The position numbers and the translations under genes are program-made. From the NCBI RefSeq assembly GCF_964355755.1, contig NC_092671.1, positions 1,426,001-1,490,000 of the forward strand: a stretch of DNA of 64,000 nucleotides, given 5' to 3'. Below the pieces are notes generated by a model. It saw only the letters and a list, made by a program, of their open reading frames with translations, searched no databases and was not told the origin of the DNA. Below, piece by piece: positions 27,414-40,978 of the stretch. The first letter of the stretch is position 1; each line of letters starts with the position of its first letter. This DNA is from Antedon mediterranea. Its lineage: Eukaryota > Animalia > Echinodermata.

Positions 27414-28124
27414 ATGGGAGATTACAAAGTAACAAAGATTCTTGATGACAAGGGCGATATGCGGGATTGTGTCGAATTGATTCGTAAAAAAGCTGACGAA
27501 GTACCCGAAAAGATGAGATCTAAAACAAATATCATTGGTCTCCGACTCCAAGGAAATGACATCACTGATCTACCTGATTGGTTGGAAAAGTTCACAAAAG
27601 TTCAAGAACTCAATTTATCAGAAAATAAGTTTGAAAAGTTCCCGGCTGTTATTGGTGATATGGAAGCGATAAAAGTCTTAAAGATGTCGCATAACAAACT
27701 CACATCACTTCCAAAGGATATTACTTACCTTCATAGATTAGAAGAGCTTTATCTCGATTATAACGACTTCGAAGAAATCCCAGAAGTCATTTTTGAAACC
27801 AATATAAAGGAGTTGTACATCCGTAATAATAAAATCCGTTGTATCCCTGCTGGAATAGCGAAAATGAAATGCCTTGAAGTGTTAGTTGTGGATAATAATC
27901 AACTGGAAGAATTTCCAGAAGCGTTAGCTGAGATGCCAAACCTACGTGAAGTGTTTATCAAGAAGAATCAGATCGAGAGGTTACCGAGGGGGTTACTCGC
28001 GAAAATGTGTAAGCTAGAGGTCCTCGAGTTGGATGAAAACCCGCTGGATTCACCCCCTCACGAGGTGGTGATGAATGGAATCAAAGCAATGGTTAAATAC
28101 GAACAAGAGCATGAGAACGATTAA
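27414..28124 (+). CDS. Leucine-rich-repeat-only cytoplasmic protein, 236 aa, 8 LRRs plus C-terminal cap
   Basis: Long ORF with eight ~23-aa LxxLxLxxNxLxxLP repeats and the cap LDENPLDSPPHEVVMNGIKAMVKY. Acceptor TTACAG at 27403 and AAGATGG Kozak at 27414. Likely upstream UTR donor GTG|GTAAGC at 26805/26806. No signal peptide or TM segment. Confidence 0.92.
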   Translation: MGDYKVTKILDDKGDMRDCVELIRKKADEVPEKMRSKTNIIGLRLQGNDITDLPDWLEKFTKVQELNLSENKFEKFPAVIGDMEAIKVLKMSHNKLTSLPKDITYLHRLEELYLDYNDFEEIPEVIFETNIKELYIRNNKIRCIPAGIAKMKCLEVLVVDNNQLEEFPEALAEMPNLREVFIKKNQIERLPRGLLAKMCKLEVLELDENPLDSPPHEVVMNGIKAMVKYEQEHEND

Positions 28125-30570
28125 ACACATTTCAAATGTCAATAGGTTTTTATCAAAATTATAGAATGCGTTAAGAAATTTGTGGTAAATAATTATATAT
28201 TGGTAAAGCTGGTTGGAATGTGTATGGCTTTAAAGTATGTGAATGCAGTCATGCAAAATCAACAATGTTTAATATACTGTTGCACTATTTGAATGCTCTG
28301 ACTGTATTAAGCATTACCATAATAAATTTGCATGTCAAATTATGATCATAAAATTATACAAATATTATATTACTATCCAGTTGGCTAACAGTATGTTTTT
28401 CTTTATAATCTTACTGTACCTTGATATATTAAGTTTTTATGATCAAAAGATGTACTTTTTTTCTGTGTGTACCTTAATGTCTTGATGTACGTGTGATGAT
28501 TGGAACAATTGTACAGTAGTAGAAGCAATTCAGAGCTTTTTTACGGGTACATACAGTACATGTTAACAAATGTATTTGATGATTAAACAATTTAGTTGAA
28601 GCGTACTATATGTCGTTTTAATATTTAGATAGCGGGCTTATTGTAGCCTTTGGTTGTAAACACCTTGCATAATTGTGGCCTTAAAATACTTTTCCAAAAA
28701 ATAATATTGTTTAACCTTAAAACTGGAATGCCTTTTTAAGGTTATAAAATTGATAAATTAATACAAAATGATAAATAATATGTATTTTTCTTTTTTGAAC
28801 ATTTATATAGTTTTATCAACTTCAAAAACATAGTTTGAGTTTTAAAAAAATGCAAACAGACCAAATATTTAATCTTTTCATTGCCTTTGTAGGTGTGTCG
28901 TAACAGGTATTGTTTAGCATCTAAAGGATATGGTTGATTGACTCCGATGTATAGTGAGCGAGTAGGCATGCATTCACCATTCACAGTGGTTTTACTTGCA
29001 GATCTATTTTTCTACTTCTTGTTAATATAAAATAATCAATGTTAAGAATTTGGGTATTCCCCACCAACCATTGTAATTTATGTAATGTAATACAGTTTTA
29101 ATATTATATTTACACAGCATTTAAGAAATTTTAAACATAGAGAATAGTATATATCTCTAGGATAGAGTCTGACTTTTGTATGTTACGCTTATTACATAGA
29201 GATGTTATATTTAATGCTCATAGAGGCTTCAATGTTTTATGTAATTGAATTGGCTTGTTGACAGATTGGACATTAAAATTGTTTGTTTTACCAATTTTAT
29301 GTTTTTAAAATTAATCAAATGTATTTTTTTGTTCACAGTCACTACTGTATATTATCTGTTTTAATTATTAGTACTATAAAGAAATGTTTATGTATATTTT
29401 GCTGAATTTATATTTAAGTTAATTGTTAAGTTTTAGTTGTATCTTTATTACCAATATTATACTTTTTATTAACTCTCCCAGTACTAGTGGCCTAGCCCGA
29501 AAATCTGGTTTTAAATTGTATACTTTCTAAATACAGTAATCTGTACACACATTTGTTGTTGGACGAAATGAACAGATTTGACCAGTAGTAATAATTGGGT
29601 TTCCTATAAAGTTTACATTTTGAAAATGTAGTAATTTTACTAATAATTAGAAAAATGTTGTTTACTGTTACTACCTATTATTCAAGGAGTCTTTGCTACA
29701 GTTTAATAAAAGGAATAAGTAAGTCTTTAGGAAAATAAACAAAAAGCCTTTACATACCCTATTTTAAATGTATATACAGTACAACAGATGTACAGAAGTA
29801 CAATCAAGTTAACTGTAAAAAGATGTAAAGTTATAACACGCTGAATAAATTAAAATCGTATTAACACTAATTATTATCATCGATGTTTTCTCATTGAAAA
29901 CCAGACGAAGAGAGAGAAACTTACAAACAAGAAGAGTGTGTAAAACTCCGCGCGATTGTCCCTACAAGTCTGTAATTTCCTAATTGGACCAAAGAACCTT
30001 CATTCTAATTGGTCTAACCTTTTAAGCTACTGTACTTACTTACTATAAAAACCTTGAATTTGTGGACATTTTTATTCTGTATGATGACATTAAAAAAAAA
30101 AATTAATCCTGATACCTTGGCATACTAATACTACTAGATAAGTGTTTATTTTATGTATAATTTTCTTTATAATACACCATTTTTTATATTGTTTGGAGCT
30201 AATTTACTGGGAAAACCTTTGGGAGAACTCCATAATATTAATAAGAAAGAATGTCCATAATAAAATAAATTATTATAATTAAGATTCAAATACAGTATGT
30301 TTTAATTAGTTTGAATGTTAATTAAGTACTTCAGGCTGTACTGATACAAATAGCACAGCAGCCTGTGTTAATGTAGTATGTTATCTATGTATTGTAATGC
30401 ATTAACGAAAATATAATATAAACTGCCATAATAATTATATTCAAAAAATCAGAATATTTAGGAAAATAAGTTAATTTTTAATTATGCTTGTTAATCATGT
30501 TTTTGTTACCTTGGAGTTACATTTAAATATGTTACTTTTTTCTTTACATATTGTTTTGTTGCATATTATT

Positions 30571-30801
30571 AGGGACCATGTCAAATTATTCTACTGCAGT
30601 TTTACAGTAACTGCATATTGTTTACTATTTAACCTGTTTATGCAATTATTTATTTACTTTTTTTAGTAGAACCCTGATTATTGAACTGACATCCTCATAA
30701 TCTTCTACATTCAAATCAACTAAAATGTTAATGCAGTAACAAATGTAGTTACTGCAGTAGAGTAATTTTTATTTTGTATCGTGATATTCAACGTAGTCCC
30801 T
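30571..30801. mobile_element. MITE (AGGGACCATGTCAAA family)
   Basis: AGGGAC...GTCCCT ends with an internal inverted AATTATTCTACTGCAG/CTGCAGTAGAGTAATT. Partial copies near 6888 and 43676. Confidence 0.55.
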
Positions 30802-32332
30802 TATTTTGTATTGTAATCTAAAACATAGAATATTAGCTTGTGTGCACTCATGCATGCATTCTGTTTATACAATAATCAATGTAATTAACATTATTATTTT
30901 ATAGTGACATTTTAAAGGTTTCTGTTGGTTGATATACACTGTTTAGAGAAAGAATGTGTAAATTAGCTATGGCTTGTTAGGCTTATTGAGTGATTTTAAA
31001 CCTGGTTGTAATAAGTACAGTCAAATTATTGGTTCAATAATAAACAAAATAATATGGGAAAATATTTTGTTGGTTTTTTTTATAGTTTTTTTTAACTAAT
31101 GTAAAAACGGAATTAAGTAGACATAGATTTACTTTGAACACATAAAGACTTTACACATAGGCCTACTTTAATTAACCAAAATTATCATACAATAATACTA
31201 TTGAAAAAAAACGTATTAAACTATTCTAGTTTGTAGACAGCGATTTACTCAATATTGGTGAAATATTTTGGCACACATGGTGTTTCATATGTATAACACT
31301 GGAATCTAGTTTTATATTAAAGACAAAAATCTAAATTCTGAATAGTGAACTAACAACATAAGAAAAACAATGACTAGAAGCTTGGGTAAGTGTAAATACT
31401 GCTTAAGCATATGTAACCAAATTGAAACAAAGAACGTGACATTTACTGGTATGATTTCATTGCTTTTAGTCTTCTGAATAAATACAATAATCATGGTTGT
31501 AATCAAACAATAAATAAATATCAGCATAACCCTGGACAATATGTTGTAATTTATGAATAATAAATTGACATATTAGGTCAAGTATATGTTTTCATTTTGT
31601 GTGTACATTAATACAGTAAACTCTCCCATTACTGGACTTTTTGTGAAGTACAAAAGGTCCAAAATTCATTTCAGTTTTAGATTTAATTTTATTTGCCAAT
31701 TTAAAATGGAAATAGTATGAGTACATTTTCAACATTAAATTCTAAAATGTATATTAATAAAATTATAACTATATACAAAATATTTAAACATACTATATAT
31801 TATTTTAAAACAATCAATATTTAAAAACAGACATAAAATACCACAGTGTAACGCATTCGGAAATACCAGACATATTAGCAAAGCCCAAAGGTGTCCGGTA
31901 TTGGGTTGGGAGAGTTGACTGTATTAACAATAATGTATACATTTTGATGGATTAATGTACATCAGCAGGAAACATACGGTGCCAGCTTTTTAAGAATAAT
32001 ATAATTTTATGACTTGCTCTTTGTATATATTATGCTGAACTTTGCTTGTAATAAAACAATCATAGAGTAATCATGTAAATATATTATACAAATGATATGA
32101 TAGACCATAGAGATAACTAAACAGCCTGTATTCATGGAAAGGAACTTTAGTCTCCTCGGCCTTATCATCCAATTACTGTAGTAATAAGCAAACAATGAAA
32201 ATTTGAAAATTATATAATTAATTATTCAGTATGTTGAAAGATTACCAAATTGACTACACAGTAGGGCACAATAATAATTCTGATATTTTATATTGTAATT
32301 CATCATTGACACAATGGTAAAAATGCATTTAT

Positions 32333-32466
32333 AATAATACAGTAATAGTTCATTCTTATATAGCGCATATAAGCAACCTCTCAATACATTATTACCTCAG
32401 TCATTTTTTAGATCAAACATATATGGAAACATACTCCCATAATAATGCAGCTAGTAATCAGTGCAA
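32333..32466 (-). mobile_element. 3' fragment of the tRNA-derived SINE family also present at 50902-51100
   Basis: Reverse complement matches TGATTACTAGCTGCATTATGGGAGTATGTTTCCATA...GCGCTATATAAGA..GAACTATTA. Confidence 0.75.
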
Positions 32467-33356
32467 ATAATTAATTATTCAATGTGTCGAAAGATTATCT
32501 AAAACTGGACTACACAGTAGGGCACAATGATAATTCTGATATTTTATATTGTAATTCATCATTGACACAATGATAAAAATGCATCCCCATGTATACTGTA
32601 GTAGTAAACACTTTCAAAACATTTCCAAATTTCAAGTTTGTTGAATTAGCCAACACTGTTATGTACTCTCCTTTTCAAACCTTTTATGAGAACAAGTTGA
32701 GCTGATTTGGGCTGGTGACAGATCCAGCAATTAGTGATGCTAGCTTTAACAATAATCTGGTGTTAATAAACCTCATAATCTGGATTACCTCTACACTATT
32801 ATTATCATGGAGTACTCACTGATTTACTGATTACATTATCTATTGTTTAAAATACTATATTCTTTTCATTCATTCATTAATTCATTCATTGTATCTACTG
32901 TATGAAATCAGTACAATTTGAGTTATTGATTGAGACTTTAAAAGGGATGTACGGATATGGGAGGTGAAAATAATTGTGACATTCTAGTCAGGTGACCGCT
33001 TCATTTGCCTCTTAGCCCAGGTACACAAAGAAGTAATTCATCCACACAGTTGTTGCATGAAAAAAAGAAATTTATTTTTAAAGTATACAAGCATATCATA
33101 TAATCTTACTATAATCATACAAGTGGTTTTATGCAAATTAATTGACTGTAGCTCAATAAAATCTAAATTCTTATTATTTAGTATTCCATTATACTTGTGA
33201 TATAAAACTACATATAAATGTACTTAACAGTCAAAAGACGGAATTGGAAGGATGTAATCACGAAGTATCACATTTATACTTTCCAATTTGAAGAAATACC
33301 TCCTGATTCATTCTATTAAATGCAATTATTTATAATGAATATAAAAAAACGATACC

Positions 33357-33486
33357 AAAGCTTGGTTCCCTCAAGAATGCAACGTAAAAACGTAAACGCA
33401 CCACAGGTTATTGGACTAATCGAAGTGTGGATCATCAATTCACTTGCGCCTACGTTGGTTTGTTCCGTTCAAGTAGGAACCAAGCC
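33357..33486. mobile_element. MITE (AAGCTTGGTTCC family)
   Basis: GCTTGGTTCC...GGAACCAAGC terminal inverted repeat. Confidence 0.6.
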
Positions 33487-33711
33487 CAAAGGAACCAGCT
33501 CATAGGGAAGATGAAAAAAGAAACCATTTCCAAATTCCTATACAATTTAATCATTGTTATGGGCTAACTATATAATTGTATTACCTCATCTACATATCCC
33601 TCACTTATTTATGTTACACTGGAAGAATTTTATTTTCAAAATGTTTTATGTATTTTTAAGTAATTTACTATGTATTAGTGTTACACATGCATTTTCAGAG
33701 GTAGTCTCTTG

Positions 33712-34160
33712 ATATTAATTCACAGAATATCACTAATCTTTTATAATTAATCCAGAGAATATCATTAATCTATTACAATAAATCCAGAGAATATTACTAA
33801 TCTCTTTATATTAATCTACAGAATATTGTTAATCTCTTCATATTATTATTAATCTAGAGAATATCACTAATCTAGTAATCCAGAGAATATCGCTAATCTA
33901 TTAATCCAGAAAATGTTACTAATCTTGTATTATTAAAGACATGATTTAATGACGGAGGATGTTTTAAATCTAGAGAATATTGTTAATCTCTTCATATTAA
34001 TCTAGAGAATATCACTAATCTATTAATCCAGAGAATATCACTAATCTAGTAATCCAGAGAATATCACTAATCTAGTAATCAAGAGAATATCACTAATCTA
34101 TTAATCCAGAAAATGTTACTAATCTTGTAGTATCATGATTTAATGACAGAGGATGTTTTA
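33712..34160. repeat. Degenerate ~26-bp minisatellite with a higher-order duplication
   Basis: Many AATCCAGAGAATATCACTAATCT variants. A ~200-bp block ending CATGATTTAATGAC.GAGGATGTTTTAAA occurs twice. Confidence 0.85.
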
Positions 34161-35280
34161 AAAGACAATTAGGCTTGTTAACGGCATATGATACTATACA
34201 TTAATAAGCTGTTAACAATGGCAACTTGTAATAACTATACACACACAATCATACATACTTTGATATGAACAAGGTGGGCATATATTTTGTATCTACAATA
34301 ATTAAAAAAAAGAATTTTTAAATGTTATAAACAATCAGTTATTTTTACAATTTTGTTTATTTGTTCGTATTATTACCAATGATGGAAGTAAAAAATCAAA
34401 ATCAAAATATTCTTAAAATTATAAAATTAGTCTTTAAATTAATCAAGTACTCTATAAAAATGTATTGTACAGTAGTTTTTAAATTGTTGTTTTTTTCAGT
34501 TTGTACTTTACTCATATCATTTTTACACACCATTGATTTTCTTCCTTATAATGTTTACATTTTGATATTTAATGGTTGTCATTTGTCATATTTAAAAAAA
34601 GAGAATGGTCCTCCCTAAGTAGACTAATGGGCCTTATCTGAATAAAGTTACTTTAACCACGAGAGAAAGAACAGACTCCAGACCAGACTAAAAGGTCTCA
34701 TATTAAGCACCCATACATCCTGTTGGTTTTATATTTACAGACAAAATCATCTAAGTTAATGTTCTTGAAAAGACACATTTATCAACTATGTGATGTTAAA
34801 GGTAAGACCATGTTATGATAACATTTGATACATCAACATCCAACTAAAACACTTTACTGGCACATAGAACTGATCATTTCAAGTACATGCATAAAATACA
34901 TTAAAGTATGCATGTACTACACATATTGTTTGTAAAAACACATGAACATGTTTAATATGCTTGATGTTTAATAATGTGACTTATATGTAAAGTAATTCAA
35001 ATATCACATTCACAACATCAATAAAATAAGCACTTATTATATGTACAGTAGCATGTAGCATTGGAAGGGTTGCCATTACATGGGTAGCAATTAGCAAAAT
35101 TCTTTTTTCTATACAACATGCATAACACATGTACATAGCTTTTCTATATAACATGTGTAACACATGCATTGTCTATGAAATCTATGTATGCCGGGGTAAG
35201 CATGAAAGAGTAAACAAAATTACAGTAATAACACTTTCAATAACTGATATCATGACATAAACTTTCACACACTATCACAT

Positions 35281-35404
35281 AAGTTCTGTCTACACTATCA
35301 AACTTTATGTGAAAAATTTGATGTGCCCATATAATATGGACTTGATGATGTTATATCACTACCATATTTGGGCACATCATAGTTTGATAGTGTAGACAGA
35401 GCTT
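35281..35404. mobile_element. MITE (CTGTCTACACTATCAAACT family) just 3' of the receptor stop codon
   Basis: TIR AAG(T/C)TCTGTCTACACTATCAAACT / AGTTTGATAGTGTAGACAGAGCTT. Confidence 0.8.
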
Positions 35405-35500
35405 TAATCTATAATTTGGAAACATTCTTACATGGCTCTCTGTTTTAGTGAAGTCAGTCTTTATTTTTATATATATTGTTCAATATTGGCTTTGGTAGCC

Positions 35501-35626
35501 TTAAACTTTAACATCTTCGCCAGCAGCGAGGGAATCCAATGTCTTCTTAATTCGCAGTGTGGTTAGCCTAGCAGCTCCGTTATGATACCAACATTCTTTC
35601 ATCAGTTTTGCCATGATACGCATAGC
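35501..35626 (-). CDS. TGFBR1: TGF-beta/activin type I receptor (ALK4/5/7 class), exon 9 (last): kinase C-terminus
   Basis: [41 protein letters not shown], with acceptor TTTGCAG. Confidence 0.95.
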   Translation of the reverse strand, partial: AMRIMAKLMKECWYHNGAARLTTLRIKKTLDSLAAGEDVKV

Positions 35627-35866
35627 CTGCAAAAAGTTACAATTATTATATAAAAACAAATATTGCATACTCAATAGCAATTGAGGGTCACACTATGAAT
35701 TGGCTACCATTTCAGTTCAACATCTACACATAGGTCACCCTATTAACTGGCTACCAACCACTCATCATGGGTCACAATATTAATTGCCTAATTGTTTAAA
35801 TAAATGATAGGTTGAATGAATATACATGTTTTGGATTACTTAATCCATTTTCATGATTGTACATAC

Positions 35867-35997
35867 CTCAATAGAACTCCACCAGTTGGGGATAGAGGGC
35901 CTGTATTGATCAACACAAACAACTTTTCTCATTAAATCAATGTTGGGGTCTAACGGCACATACTCAAAGTAAGGCAAACAACTATCTTCAACGAAAC
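35867..35997 (-). CDS. TGFBR1: Type I receptor exon 8 (kinase)
   Basis: FVEDSCLPYFEYVPLDPNIDLMRKVVCVDQYRPSIPNWWSSIE, bounded by TTCCAG acceptor and GTATGT donor. Confidence 0.95.
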
Positions 35998-36402
35998 CTG
36001 GAAAAATAAAAAAAAACAAACATTATTATCATAATATTATATCTCTCAAAGAACAATTATTAGGACTTTCTTTCTGGATGGTTTAGCTTATTGTTTAGTT
36101 TATTAGTATCTCCATTGAGATACTCATACTCATGTCAAGAGAGCGAATGCCAAAATGACACGGAACAATGCTTAAATGTGCCAGTCACCTAGTGCATGCG
36201 CATATCATAAAAATGACTTTATAGGGTAGCAGTCGACATAGTAGACGTGAAAATCTGAAAGTCCCTATTGTATTGGTAACAGCAACATGACAAGGAAGCA
36301 AGTAAAAAGGTCAGGCCGGGTAAATGTAAATAAAATGTCACTATTTGAGATTTATACGGAATCTTCGAATTTTGAAAAAAAAAAAAAAATGTGATTGTTT
36401 AC

Positions 36403-36684
36403 CTCCAATGGTACATCTTCTGGCAATCTCCCAGAAAACTAAGCCCAAGGCATAGACATCAGCTCGCTTAAAACAATCAAAGTGATGAATATTAATGGAC
36501 TCATCCAAGACCTCTGGCGACATGTAACGTTTAGTTCCGACTCGGTGGTTTGGAGCAATATCTACTTCATCCGTTGCCGAGTTATGACGCACAGCCAAAC
36601 CAAGATCGGCAATGGAGCACTGGCCGCTACGCATCACTAAGATGTTTGTGCTCTTTAAATCCCTATGTGCAATTGCTGGCTTGC
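36403..36684 (-). CDS. TGFBR1: Type I receptor exon 7 (catalytic and activation loops)
   Basis: [16 protein letters not shown]...[10 protein letters not shown]...[15 protein letters not shown]...[17 protein letters not shown], with canonical AG/GT. Confidence 0.97.
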
Positions 36685-37093
36685 CTATAGTAAAAGATAA
36701 TTAGATGCAGGTTATTTAACATCAAAATTAGAATATACTAGTATAGTGAAATCTATTGGTTAAACTAATTAAATTCATTCATTAATTTTTGTTATTTCAG
36801 ATACAGTAGTACATCCATGGACATAAACATACAATACAAAGAAAATAAAATTAAAAAAATAAATCATCATCGTAAACGCTAATCGTCTTTAGACATTGCG
36901 CATCTCACTTGTGTTCGTTTTTGAGCAAGCATATGAAAAGTTCTGTTTCTTTTTTGATGTTTGCCATCCATGTTTTTTCAATTTGTGAATACGTTTTTGA
37001 ATCTCAAAATGAAAAAGATACAACTGAAATTTTATGCCCAATTAGTGTCCTCTTTGCTTGAGTGTGCTTGTTAATTGATTTACTTTATCCTAC

Positions 37094-37261
37094 CTTGCAT
37101 TCCAATGATTTCCATATGCAAATGAGTTAGACCATTAGCAATTGACCAGGCCATTTTAATCATTCCGTTTACAGTGATTGTTGTACGATTTAAGTAATCG
37201 TAGAGTGAGCCATACTCGTGATAGTCTGTGATCAGTAAAAGCTGCGTAGATATTCCACTAT
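37094..37261 (-). CDS. TGFBR1: Type I receptor exon 6 (L45 loop and hinge)
   Basis: [26 protein letters not shown]...[11 protein letters not shown], with canonical AG/GT. Confidence 0.96.
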
Positions 37262-38666
37262 CTGAAAGACAAAAGACGCCAGACATGTTAACATACAAAA
37301 TTCTAAAATAATGAAAATACTGTGACGCTTGGAGTGCGAGTTCAGTGGTGGGTCCAGGATTTTTATTTAGTGGGGCCTAAAAATGGTAAAATGAAATGCC
37401 TAACAGAACCTATTATCCTATCATTGGCATTGCAAATTTGGAAATGGCTAGCCTCACTTAAGTTGTTTTCACGCTGCTGCTCTAGCCCGCTACGTCCCAT
37501 TAGGACTACTCAATCAGAAGCTAAAGCAAGCAGCAGTTATAGTTCTAAGGACAGACAGTTTTGTGAAAATGGAAACTCCACTATGATTTATTGATTCCAG
37601 CTGCTACAGTAGACCCAAAAAACGGCTGGGAAAGAGTCTATTAGGACATGTCATGCTAAAATTACAAATCCCTATATTCACTGTCAGTGTCAGATATTCA
37701 TTGAATTATTATTGAAACAGTCCATTAAAGTTTGTGTTTGTAATAGGATACTTCACAATTGAAATATCTAGGGTGATGAAGTGACCCCCAGATTTGACCT
37801 TAGCAATAAAATTAACTAAAGTGACAGAAATTGAGTATTCACTTCTGTAACAAAAAAGTAATATTTATTCACATATAAAAAATGAAAAGAAACCCAAAAA
37901 CCATTGTCTGACAGACAATTTAAGTATTTGTTGCTTTAAATTACATTTTTTCAGGTAAAATAACTATCTATTATGTGACAATAAAATGACACATTCAAAA
38001 ACATTTGAAATAAAAAATATTTTTCAATAAGCGAGCAGCGTTTTTTGTAAGAAATATTTCTTGTTTAATTAATGATGAAATGTCCAAGTTACCATTAACA
38101 ATTATGTTGTTTTATTTTAATATGTTTATAAATTTGTATTTATTGAATTCATTTTTAATGATACAGTACATGTCTCACCACAGTATCCAGCCAAGCATGC
38201 AGTTTTAATTTTTCTTTTTTTTCCTATGAAAAAGGACGTCAACTACTACAATGTCATAATGATTGTCTAGACATGAGCTTATATAAAAGGATAAAGCAAT
38301 GGCATTGTAAACACACCCCAGTCAAGTACATTCAATAAATTAAAAGCCATTACAACAGGTACATGCCAACTAATTATTGTACTAACATTACAGTGCTACA
38401 ATAAATCATCAATATACTGTATATTACTGTATATAAGAATTTAAGCGTTTTGTCAGTCAAGGTAACTAACAAGACTATTTTGCATTCAGTTGTAGTTGAA
38501 CAATTTAGTGATGGTGACCCTAAACAGCATATGCTGACAATCAATGGGCCCTCATATAAACATTTACTGTATAACAAAAAAGAATGGAGTTGCTTTTTAA
38601 AAAACAGGTAGATTAGATTAACATTTTGTCATCGCATTGTGATCATTTTTTATACAGTAGTTACTG

Positions 38667-38690
38667 TATAGAGATATTAATATCTCAATA
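38667..38690. mobile_element. 24-bp hairpin micro-element with 7-bp TSD
   Basis: GTTACTG-TATAGAGATATTAATATCTCAATA-GTTACTG (palindrome with 1 mismatch). Confidence 0.6.
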
Positions 38691-38959
38691 GTTACTGTAA
38701 CAAAATATTACCTTGGATACTTTTCAGCTAACCTAACCTGGCCTACTTTTAATGTTTGATGTATGTTGAGAACAGGAACGCTAGTAGAACAAACACAAGA
38801 TAGAGAAATAACCTCATGACTTTTTACTTGACATGGTTATTATATGATCTACATTGTATGAGGGTCTGCACTAGAACAACATTCATTCTTCTTTTGTGCA
38901 AGCTTCAGGGAAAAAAACATAATAAAGTTAAAGTGTACATAAAAACTTGACAACAATAC

Positions 38960-39190
38960 CTTTATTGTCAGCTGCAATGAATCCAAGGATATTTTTGTGC
39001 CGAAGCATAACAGTTTGGTAAATTTCTGCCTCTCGGAACCATGATTTTTCCTCACGGGTAGAGAAGACCTTGACAGCGACTGGTTCGTTCCGCCAACTCC
39101 CACGATACACCTCCCCATAACGCCCTTTTCCGATACATTCTTGTATGGTAATCTGGCGAGCAATTGTACGCTGCACAAGTAGAGGAAGCC
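38960..39190 (-). CDS. TGFBR1: Type I receptor exon 5 (end of GS domain, kinase N-lobe)
   Basis: [77 protein letters not shown], close to ALK4/5/7. Confidence 0.97.
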
Positions 39191-39879
39191 CTGTAGATGT
39201 TAGAAAGAGATAATGGGTTAGAAATCGGACTGCTAAAGTCTCTGTTGTTGGTATTAACTGGCAATATGTATGTGTGTATTGTACATGTCTATCATGTCAT
39301 ACCAATTAAATTTAGTGGGTCAAATAATACATTTTTTCTTTTATATTTATTATCATATTTCAACCAATTTACAATATTTTTCAACATTTTTATTATTTTT
39401 CTAAAATAAGAAATGTTTTCCAAAAACTTGGCATGCCTCATGTCTGTTTTTTACTGTACTGTTTAAATTAGCTTTTTGATCATTCTATATTTAACACTGG
39501 TCAATGTACCAACAGGGCTGTTAGTTATTTGCATTTTGATTACAAATTATTATTTCTATTCAGAATTTAGAAATAAACATTTAAAAATATTGATAATTAA
39601 ATTGGTTTCTACAAAAAAAAAAGAATCCAACAATATTTAATACTATGAAAAAAAAAAATTATTATTATCGTTTCTAGTTATACATTTTTAAATAAATATC
39701 TGAATCACAACTGAAATCAAAAATTAATGAATAGTATAAGTTGAAAAATTCAAGATAAAAGCACATTTTGTTTAGTGAACAAATGACTGAGCGTATTTGG
39801 AAAAGTAGTACTGTACATTTTTGTTGTATTTATATATTTAGGAAAATTGCCTAAGGCTAATCATAAGCCAAGGATAACC

Positions 39880-40080
39880 ATAAGCGAATTCATTCACTAT
39901 CCGTCTTAAAGGTGGCAATCTCATTCACAAGAGAAATATACACAAGATGCTCTACTGTAAAGTCTTTGAGAGTGGAGTAATGAACTGTCATTAGAAAAAA
40001 TCCTGACACTGACAGGACTTGAACCCAGGACACTTGGATAGATAGCCAAGCCAAGCCAAGCATCATAACCACCAAGCCTC
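39880..40080 (-). mobile_element. Degraded tRNA-derived SINE
   Basis: Minus strand has an A-box-like GGCTTGGTGGTT and a B-box GGTTCAAGTCC. Confidence 0.5.
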
Positions 40081-40978
40081 AACTCAACAAAATCAGAAAT
40101 TGACTAATCAACTGTAAAATAATGTGTAAGACAAGACAGAGAGTATTTCATACTTCGTTACTTGTATATTATTCTTGAAATCACATGGGCATCCCAAATT
40201 ATCTAACGTAATTGCCTAGCTACAGGATATAAAAGGTTTCCCACACGAATGTCTAGACAGGGGAATGACGCAGTAGCACAGAGAGAGAAACAGAAATAGT
40301 AAAGACTAATAATATTAAGTCATTAGTACTCTTAAACTAGCATAGTGAAATATTACATATTTTAAGTACAGTAGTACGAATGTATTTTTTGGTTACTGTT
40401 TTATAATTTTACCTAATATTTATTGATACAAAAAAAGTGATGAGAATCTCCATAGCATTTCTATTTTTCCCCCCTAATTAATGTTATTTTACAATATACA
40501 GTACAGTATACAGTATGAAAACAAAATATAAAGCATAAAATGACTGATGTGTATTTCTGTGAAACAGAACTTAGATCCAGACGAAGATTAACATGCATAT
40601 TTGCAATTTTTCAACAAAAAACATGTAGTATTTTTTTAGCACAAAAAAGAATGTAATTGGAACTTGTAACAAAATAATCTTACTACTGTATGTCCGGCAG
40701 GGTCCAATGACATTAGATAAACAATGCTATTGTCTACAGCACCCTCGGTAGATATGTTAATACTCTGAACATTAGCATACATTATTCAAAATGTCAATGC
40801 CATAGTATGAAAGTACAAACAAAAGAAATTAAATAAATTCTACACAATATTCTTCTAAATTGAAATTTGTTTCGAACAATTTACCAAACTGTGAAATATA
40901 CTGTATGTATGTAAATGTAAGCATACAGTAGATATCTATTATCAAAAATGTTAAATTTATTATATTTTATCAATCTAA

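Noticed and set aside
29136-29161. CATAGAGA...TCTCTAGG hairpin resembling the micro-elements
   Set aside because: No 7-bp flanking duplication, so it was not counted. The same applies to similar hairpins near 14004 and 25106.
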